This document shows, piece after piece, positions 55,870 through 64,000 of a stretch of DNA of 64,000 nucleotides (within the stretch, counting starts at the first letter, position 1; each line of letters opens with the position of its first letter). Source of the stretch: Eledone cirrhosa (Eukaryota); assembly GCA_964016885.1 (NCBI GenBank), contig OZ024750.1, positions 38,626,001 to 38,690,000 on the forward strand, given 5' to 3'. The notes beneath the pieces were generated by a model. It ran no database searches, was not told the origin of the DNA, and saw only the letters and a list, made by a program, of their open reading frames with translations. Made by a program: the position numbers and the translations under genes.

Positions 55870-58800
55870 GTAAAGTAGGTACAGGACAGTGTCTAGTAAG
55901 GTAGGTACTTGACAGTGACTAGTAATGTAGGTACAGGACAGTGTGTAGTAATGTAGGGACTGGACAGTGACTAGTAATGTAGGTACAGGACAGTGTCTAG
56001 TAGAGTAGGTACAGGACAGTGTCTAGTAATGTAGGTACAGGACAGTGACTAGTAATGTAGGTACAGGACAGTGTCTAGTAATGTAGGTACTGGACAGTGT
56101 CTAGTAATGTAGGTACTGGACAGTGTCTAGTAGTGTAGGTACAGGACAGTGTCTAGTAATGTAGGTACTGGACAGTGTCTAGTAGTGTAGGTACAGGACA
56201 GTGTCTAGTAATGTAGGTACTGGACAGTGTCTAGTAGTGTAGGTACAGGACAGTGTCTAGTAATGTAGGTACAGGACAGTGTCTAGAAATGTAAGTACTT
56301 GACAGTGACTAGTAATGTAGGTACAGGACAGTGTCTAGTAATGTAGGTACTGGACAGTGTCTAGTAGTGTAGGTACAGGACAGTGTCTAGTAATGTAGGT
56401 ACAGGACAGTGTCTAGTAATGTAGGTACAGGACAGTGACTAGTAATGTAGGTACAGGACAGTGTCTAGTAATGTAGGTACTTCACAGTGACTAGTAATGT
56501 AGGTACAGGATAGTGTCTAGTAATGTAGGTACAGGACAGTGTCTAGTAATGTAGGTACTTGACAGTGACTAGTAATGTAGGTACAGGACAGTGTCTAGTA
56601 ATATAGGTACAGGACAGTGTCTAGTAATGTAGGTACAGGACAGTGACTAGTAATGTAGGTACAGGACAGTGTCTAGTAATGTAGGTACTTGACAGTGACT
56701 AGTAATGTAGGTACAGGTCAGTGTCTAGTAATGTAGTTACAGGACAGTGTCTAGTAATGTAGGTACAGGTCAGTGTCTAGTAATGTAGGTACTGGACAGT
56801 GTCTAGTAATGTAGGTACTGGACAGTGTCTAGTAGTGTAGGTACAGGACAGTGTCTAGTAATGTAGGTACAGGATAGTGTCTAGTAATGTAGGTACAGGA
56901 TAGTGTCTAGTAATGTAGGTACAGGACAGTATCTAGTAATGTAGGTACAGGACAGTGACTAGTAATGTAGGTACAGGACAGTGTCTAGTAATGTAGGTAC
57001 TGGACAGTGTCTAGTAATGTAGGTACAGGACAGTGTCTAGTAATGTAGGTACTTGACAGTGACTAGTAATGTAGGTACAGGACAGTATCTAGTAATGTAG
57101 GTACTGGACAGTGACTAGTAATGTAGGTACAGGACAGTGTCTAGTAATGTAGGTACTTGACAGTGACTAGTAATGTAGGTACAGGACAGTGTCTAGTAAT
57201 GTAGGTACTTGACAGTGACTAGTAATGTAAGTACAGGATAGTGTCTAGTAATGTAGGTACAGGACAGTGTCTAGTAATGTAGGTACAGGACAGTGTCTAG
57301 TAATGTAGGTACAGGACAGTGTCTAGTAATGTAGGTACTGGACAGTGACTAGTAGTGTAGGTACAGGACAGTGTCTAGTAATGTAGGTACAGGAAAGTGT
57401 CTAGTAATGTAGGTACTTGACAGTGACTAGTAATGTAGGTACAGGATAGTGTCTAGTAATGTAGGTACAGGACAGTGTCTAGTAATGTAGGTACTTGACA
57501 GTGTCTAGTAGTGTAGGTACAGGACAGTGTCTAGTAGTGTAGGTACTGGACAGTGTCTAGTAGTGTAGCTACAGGACAGTGTCTAGTAATGTAGGGACTA
57601 GACAGTGACTAGTAATGTAGGTACAGGACAGTGTCTAGTAATGTAGGTACAGGACAGTGTCTAGTAGTGTAGGTACAGGACAGTGACTAGTAATGTAGGT
57701 ACAGGACAATGTCTAGTAATGTAGGTACAGGATAGTGTCTAGTAATGTAGGTACAGGACAGTGTCTAGTAGAGTAGGTACAGGACAGTGTCTAGTAAGGT
57801 AGGTACTTGACAGTGACTAGTAATGTAGGTACAGGACAGTGTGTAGTAATGTAGGGACTGGACAGTGACTAGTAATGTAGGTACAGGACAGTGTCTAGTA
57901 GAGTAGGTACAGGACAGTGTCTAGTAATGTAGGTACAGGACAGTGACTAGTAATGTAGGTACAGGACAGTGTCTAGTAATGTAGGTACTGGACAGTGTCT
58001 AGTAATGTAGGTACTGGACAGTGTCTAGTAGTGTAGGTACAGGACAGTGTCTAGTAATGTAGGTACTGGACAGTGTCTAGTAGTGTAGGTACAGGACAGT
58101 GTCTAGTAATGTAGGTACTGGACAGTGTCTAGTAGTGTAGGTACAGGACAGTGTCTAGTAATGTAGGTACAGGACAGTGTCTAGAAATGTAAGTACTTGA
58201 CAGTGACTAGTAATGTAGGTACAGGACAGTGTCTAGTAATGTAGGTACTGGACAGTGTCTAGTAGTGTAGGTACAGGACAGTGTCTAGTAATGTAGGTAC
58301 AGGACAGTGTCTAGTAATGTAGGTACAGGACAGTGACTAGTAATGTAGGTACAGGACAGTGTCTAGTAATGTAGGTACTTCACAGTGACTAGTAATGTAG
58401 GTACAGGATAGTGTCTAGTAATGTAGGTACAGGACAGTGTCTAGTAATGTAGGTACTTGACAGTGACTAGTAATGTAGGTACAGGACAGTGTCTAGTAAT
58501 ATAGGTACAGGACAGTGTCTAGTAATGTAGGTACTGGACAGTGTCTAGTAGTGTAGGTACAGGACAGTGTCTAGTAATGTAGGTACAGGACAGTGTCTAG
58601 TAATGTAGGTACTTGACAGTAACTAGTAATGTAGGTACAGGACAGTGTCTAGTAATGTAGGTACAGGACAGTGTCTAGTAGTGTAGGTACAGGACAGTGT
58701 CTAGTAGTGTAGGTACAGGACAGTGTCTAGTAGTGTAGGTACTGGACAGTGTCTAGTAGTGTAGGTACAGGACAGTGTCTAGTAATGTAGGTACTGGACA

Positions 58801-61800
58801 GTGACTAGTAATGTAGGTACAGGACAGTGTCTAGTAATGTAAGTACAGGACAGTGTCTAGTAGTGTAGGTACTTGACAGTGACTAGTAATGTAGGTACAG
58901 GTCAGTGTCTAGTAATGTAGGTACAGGACAGTGTCTAGTAATGTAGGTACTTGACAGTGACTAGTAATGTAGGTACAGGTCAGTGTCTAGTAATGTAGGT
59001 ACAGGACAGTGTCTAGTAATGTAGGTACAGGACAGTGTCTAGTAATGTAGGTACTGGACAGTGTCTAGTAATGTAGGTACTGGACAGTGTCTAGTAGTGT
59101 AGGTACAGGACAGTGTCTAGTAATGTAGGTACAGGATAGTGTCTAGTAATGTAGGTACAGGATAGTGTCTAGTAATGTAGGTACAGGACAGTGTCTAGTA
59201 ATGTAGGTACTGGACAGTGTCTAGTAATGTAGGTACAAGACAGTGTCTAGTAATGTAGGTACTTGACAGTGACTAGTAATGTAGGTACAGGACAGTGTCT
59301 AGTAATGTAGGTACTGGACAGTGTCTAGTAATGTAGGTACAAGACAGTGTCTAGTAATGTAGGTACTTGACAGTGACTAGTAATGTAGGTACAGGACAGT
59401 GTCTAGTAATGTAGGTACTGGACAGTGACTAGTAATGTAGGTACAGGACAGTGTCTAGTAATGTAGGTACTTGACAGTGACTAGTAATGTAGGTACAGGA
59501 CAGTGTCTAGTAATGTAGGTACTTGACAGTGACTAGTAATGTAGGTACAGGACAGTAACTAGTAATGTAGGTACTGGACAGTGTCTAGTAGTGTAGGTAC
59601 AGGACAGTGACTAGTAATGTAGGTACAGGACAGTGTCTAGTAATGTAGGTACTTGACAGTAACTAGTAATGTAGGTACAGGACAGTGTCTAGTAATGTAG
59701 GTACTTGACAGTGACTAGTAATGTAGGTACAGGATAGTGTCTAGTAATGTAGGTACAGGACAGTGTCTAGTAATGTAGGTACTTGACAGTGACTAGTAAT
59801 GTAGGTACAGGACAGTATCTAGTAATGTAGGTACTGGACAGTGACTAGTAATGTAGGTACAGGACAGTGTCTAGTAATGTAGGTACTTGACAGTGACTAG
59901 TAATGTAGGTACAGGACAGTGTCTAGTAATGTAGGTACTTGACAGTGACTAGTAATGTAAGTACAGGATAGTGTCTAGTAATGTAGGTACAGGACAGTGT
60001 CTAGTAATGTAGGTACAGGACAGTGTCTAGTAATGTAGGTACAGGACAGTGTCTAGTAATGTAGGTACTGGACAGTGACTAGTAGTGTAGGTACAGGACA
60101 GTGTCTAGTAATGTAGGTACAGGAAAGTGTCTAGTAATGTAGGTAGTTGACAGTGACTAGTAATGTAGGTACAGGATAGTGTCTAGTAATGTAGGTACAG
60201 GACAGTGTCTAGTAATGTAGGTACTTGACAGTGTCTAGTAGTGTAGGTACAGGACAGTGTCTAGTAATGTAGGTACTGGACAGTGTCTAGTAATGTAGGT
60301 ACTGGACAGTGTCTAGTAGTGTAGGTACAGGACAGTGTCTAGTAATGTAGGTACTGGACAGTGTCTAGTAGTGTAGGTACAGGACAGTGTCTAGTAATGT
60401 AGGTACTGGACAGTGTCTAGTAGTGTAGGTACAGGACAGTGTCTAGTAATGTAGGTACAGGACAGTGTCTAGAAATGTAAGTACTTGACAGTGACTAGTA
60501 ATGTAGGTACAGGACAGTGTCTAGTAATGTAGGTACTGGACAGTGTCTAGTAGTGTAGGTACAGGACAGTGTCTAGTAATGTAGGTACAGGACAGTGTCT
60601 AGTAATGTAGGTACAGGACAGTGACTAGTAATGTAGGTACAGGACAGTGTCTAGTAATGTAGGTACTTCACAGTGACTAGTAATGTAGGTACAGGATAGT
60701 GTCTAGTAATGTAGGTACAGGACAGTGTCTAGTAATGTAGGTACTTGACAGTGACTAGTAATGTAGGTACAGGACAGTGTCTAGTAATATAGGTACAGGA
60801 CAGTGTCTAGTAATGTAGGTACAGGACAGTGACTAGTAATGTAGGTACAGGACAGTGTCTAGTAATGTAGGTACTTGACAGTGACTAGTAATGTAGGTAC
60901 AGGTCAGTGTCTAGTAATGTAGTTACAGGACAGTGTCTAGTAATGTAGGTACAGGTCAGTGTCTAGTAATGTAGGTACTGGACAGTGTCTAGTAATGTAG
61001 GTACTGGACAGTGTCTAGTAATGTAGGTACAGGACAGTGTCTAGTAATGTAGGTACAGGATAGTGTCTAGTAATGTAGGTACAGGATAGTGTCTAGTAAT
61101 GTAGGTACAGGACAGTATCTAGTAATGTAGGTACAGGACAGTGACTAGTAATGTAGGTACAGGACAGTGTCTAGTAATGTAGGTACTGGACAGTGTCTAG
61201 TAATGTAGGTACAGGACAGTGTCTAGTAATGTAGGTACTTGACAGTGACTAGTAATGTAGGTACAGGACAGTATCTAGTAATGTAGGTACTGGACAGTGA
61301 CTAGTAATGTAGGTACAGGACAGTGTCTAGTAATGTAGGTACTTGACAGTGACTAGTAATGTAGGTACAGGACAGTGTCTAGTAATGTAGGTACTTGACA
61401 GTGACTAGTAATGTAAGTACAGGATAGTGTCTAGTAATGTAGGTACAGGACAGTGTCTAGTAATGTAGGTACAGGACAGTGTCTAGTAATGTAGGTACAG
61501 GACAGTGTCTAGTAATGTAGGTACTGGACAGTGACTAGTAGTGTAGGTACAGGACAGTGTCTAGTAATGTAGGTACAGGAAAGTGTCTAGTAATGTAGGT
61601 ACTTGACAGTGACTAGTAATGTAGGTACAGGATAGTGTCTAGTAATGTAGGTACAGGACAGTGTCTAGTAATGTAGGTACTTGACAGTGTCTAGTAGTGT
61701 AGGTACAGGACAGTGTCTAGTAGTGTAGGTACTGGACAGTGTCTAGTAGTGTAGCTACAGGACAGTGTCTAGTAATGTAGGGACTAGACAGTGACTAATA

Positions 61801-63250
61801 ATGTAGGTACAGGACAGTGTCTAGTAATGTAGGTACAGGACAGTGTCTAGTAGTGTAGGTACAGGACAGTGACTAGTAATGTAGGTACAGGACAGTGTCT
61901 AGTAATGTAGGTACAGGATAGTGTCTAGTAATGTAGGTACAGGACAGTGTCTAGTAGAGTAGGTACAGGACAGTGTCTAGTAAGGTAGGTACTTGACAGT
62001 GACTAGTAATGTAGGTACAGGACAGTGTGTAGTAATGTAGGGACTGGACAGTGACTAGTAATGTAGGTACAGGACAGTGTCTAGTAGAGTAGGTACAGGA
62101 CAGTGTCTAGTAATGTAGGTACAGGACAGTGACTAGTAATGTAGGTACAGGACAGTGTCTAGTAATGTAGGTACTGGACAGTGTCTAGTAATGTAGGTAC
62201 TGGACAGTGTCTAGTAGTGTAGGTACAGGACAGTGTCTAGTAATGTAGGTACTGGACAGTGTCTAGTAGTGTAGGTACAGGACAGTGTCTAGTAATGTAG
62301 GTACTGGACAGTGTCTAGTAGTGTAGGTACAGGACAGTGTCTAGTAATGTAGGTACAGGACAGTGTCTAGAAATGTAAGTACTTGACAGTGACTAGTAAT
62401 GTAGGTACAGGACAGTGTCTAGTAATGTAGGTACTGGACAGTGTCTAGTAGTGTAGGTACAGGACAGTGTCTAGTAATGTAGGTACAGGACAGTGTCTAG
62501 TAATGTAGGTACAGGACAGTGACTAGTAATGTAGGTACAGGACAGTGTCTAGTAATGTAGGTACTTCACAGTGACTAGTAATGTAGGTACAGGATAGTGT
62601 CTAGTAATGTAGGTACAGGACAGTTTCTAGTAATGTAGGTACTTGACAGTGACTAGTAATGTAGGTACAGGACAGTGTCTAGTAATATAGGTACAGGACA
62701 GTGTCTAGTAATGTAGGTACAGGACAGTGACTAGTAATGTAGGTACAGGACAGTGTCTAGTAATGTAGGTACTTGACAGTGACTAGTAATGTAGGTACAG
62801 GTCAGTGTCTAGTAATGTAGGTACAGGACAGTGTCTAGTAATGTAGGTACAGGTCAGTGTCTAGTAATGTAGGTACTGGACAGTGTCTAGTAATGTAGGT
62901 ACTGGACAGTGTCTAGTAGTGTAGGTACAGGACAGTGTCTAGTAATGTAGGTACAGGATAGTGTCTAGTAAAGTAGGTACAGGATAGTGTCTAGTAATGT
63001 AGGTACAGGACAGTATCTAGTAATGTAGGTACAGGACAGTGACTAGTAATGTAGGTACAGGACAGTGTCTAGTAATGTAGGTACTGGACAGTGTCTAGTA
63101 ATGTAGGTACAGGACAGTGTCTAGTAATGTAGGTACTTGACAGTGACTAGTAATGTAGGTACAGGACAGTGTCTAGTAATGTAGGTACTGGACAGTGACT
63201 AGTAATGTAGGTACAGGACAGTGTCTAGTAATGTAGGTACTTGACAGTGA
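55870..63250 (+). repeat. 1898-bp (73-monomer) tandem unit nested within a 4186-bp (161-monomer) offset duplication
   Basis: CTAGAAATGTAAG at 56287/58185/60473/62371, TAGTAAGG at 55900/57798/61984, GGGACTAGAC at 57600/61786 and AGGAAAG at 57395/61581. Confidence 0.85.
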
Positions 63251-64000
63251 CTAGTAATGTAGGTACAGGACAGTGTCTAGTAATGTAGGTATAGGCCAGT
63301 GTCTAGTAATGTAGGTACAGGACAGTGTCTAGTAATGTAGGTACAGGACAGTGTCTAGTAGTGTAGGTACAGGACAGTGTCTAGTAGTGTAGGTACAGGA
63401 CAGTGTCTAGTAATGTAGGTACAGGACAGTGTCTAGTAGTGTAGGTACTTGACAGTGACTAGTAATGTAGGTACAGGACAGTGTCTAGTAATGTATGTAC
63501 TGGACAGTGTCTAGTAGTGTAGGTACAGGACAGTGACTAGTAATGTAGGTACAGGACAGTGTCTAGTAATGTAGGTACAGGACAGTGTCTAGTAATGTAG
63601 GTACTTGACAGTGTCTAGTAATGTAGGTACTTGACAGTGACTAGTAATGTAGGTACAGCACAGTGTCTAGTAGTGTAGGTACTGGACAGTGTCTAGTAGT
63701 GTAGGTACAGGACAGTGTCTAGTAATGTAGGTACTTCACAGTGACTAGTAATGTAGGTACAGGACAGTGTCTAGTAATGTAGGTACTGGACAGTGTCTAG
63801 TAGTGTAGGTACAGGACAGTGTCTAGTAATGTAGGTACTGGACAGTGTCTAGTAGTGTAGGTACAGGACAGTGACTAGTAATGTAGGTACAGGACAGTGT
63901 CTAGTAATGTAGGTACTTGACAGTAACTAGTAATGTAGGTACAGGACAGTGTCTAGTAATGTAGGTACAGGACAGTGTCTAGTAGTGTAGGTACAGGACA

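Larger units (their letters stand above)
1..64000 (+). repeat. Tandem satellite/minisatellite array, 26-bp monomer GGACAGTGTCTAGTA(A/G)TGTAGGTAC(A/T), about 2,460 copies, running off both window ends
   Basis: GGAC anchors recur at 5, 31, 57 and onward to 63996. All units have the same orientation. The only deviations seen are point substitutions, 25-bp units and 19-bp units. Confidence 0.99.

Noticed and set aside
4326-61786. Near-equal periods of 4188 bp (left) and 4186 bp (right) as a preferred duplication size
   Set aside because: These are only two instances with different monomer counts (162 versus 161) among more than a dozen periods, so coincidence is sufficient.
159-63930. Bacterial sigma70 promoters from the many TTGACA hexamers
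   Set aside because: The hexamer 17 bp downstream is TACAGG or TACTGG, a poor -10 match. TTGACA is a one-base variant of the repeat and there is no gene to drive.
1-64000. CRISPR array (palindromic repeat in the CRISPR size range)
   Set aside because: There are no unique spacers. The 7 bp between dyads is constant, and no leader or cas genes are present.
1-64000. Giant repetitive ORF on the minus strand under TAG readthrough or reassignment. The consensus translates as CTYITRHCPVPTLLDTVLYLHY*TLS per 78 bp, with TAG the only stop.
   Set aside because: The unit is not a multiple of 3, and 1-bp and 7-bp deletions are tolerated. Variants introduce minus-strand TAA and TGA triplets (plus-strand TTA, TCA). 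No start or unique domain is visible. In the standard code both strands stop at least every 26 codons in consensus sequence.
1-64000. Telomerase-made long telomeric repeat (G-rich strand, TGTAGG resembling TTAGG, 26 bp like some budding-yeast telomere units)
   Set aside because: Variants are inherited in kilobase blocks, which indicates recombination or replication copying and not synthesis from one RNA template. The length far exceeds yeast telomeres, and I do not recognise the unit. A recombination-maintained subtelomeric location is not excluded.
1-64000. Helitron 3' terminus origin (hairpin plus CTAG)
   Set aside because: The CTAG lies inside the dyad arm, not about 10-15 nt downstream of a GC-rich hairpin, and no element body or flanks are visible. 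This cannot be tested within the window.
1-64000. Deliberate or biological information code in the binary A/T and A/G polymorphisms
   Set aside because: The order of variants is accounted for by nested block duplications. I see no framing or non-redundant pattern beyond that.
1-64000. G-quadruplex or intrinsic terminator function
   Set aside because: There are only GG doublets separated by 4- and 18-nt loops, no G3 tracts in the consensus, and no U-tract after the hairpin on either strand.

Overview
The whole 64 kb window is one uninterrupted, head-to-tail satellite/minisatellite array of a 26-bp monomer. The consensus is GGACAGTGTCTAGTA(A/G)TGTAGGTAC(A/T), about 2,460 copies (64000/26), 42% GC, G-rich on the + strand, with no CpG. 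I found no unique sequence, inversion, gene, RNA gene, transposon ORF or CRISPR spacer. Because 26 is not a multiple of 3, each reading frame passes through every phase, so both strands hit a stop at least every 78 bp in the standard code. The structure lies inside the repeat. (1) Each monomer is a 19-bp imperfect dyad (TACWGGACA-G-TGTCTAGTA) plus a 7-bp spacer. (2) Rare variants act as barcodes and reveal nested higher-order duplications with periods of about 71, 78, 182, 234, 364, 494, 1259/1311, 1308, 1370, 1442, 1898, 4186 and 5064/4188 bp. (3) The array has two domains with different variant sets, changing at about 35.6 kb. It most resembles eukaryotic satellite DNA, but I cannot name the family or organism. 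I see no evidence of a protein-coding or defence system. Periods come from hand-read marker positions, and block boundaries are approximate to about one monomer.
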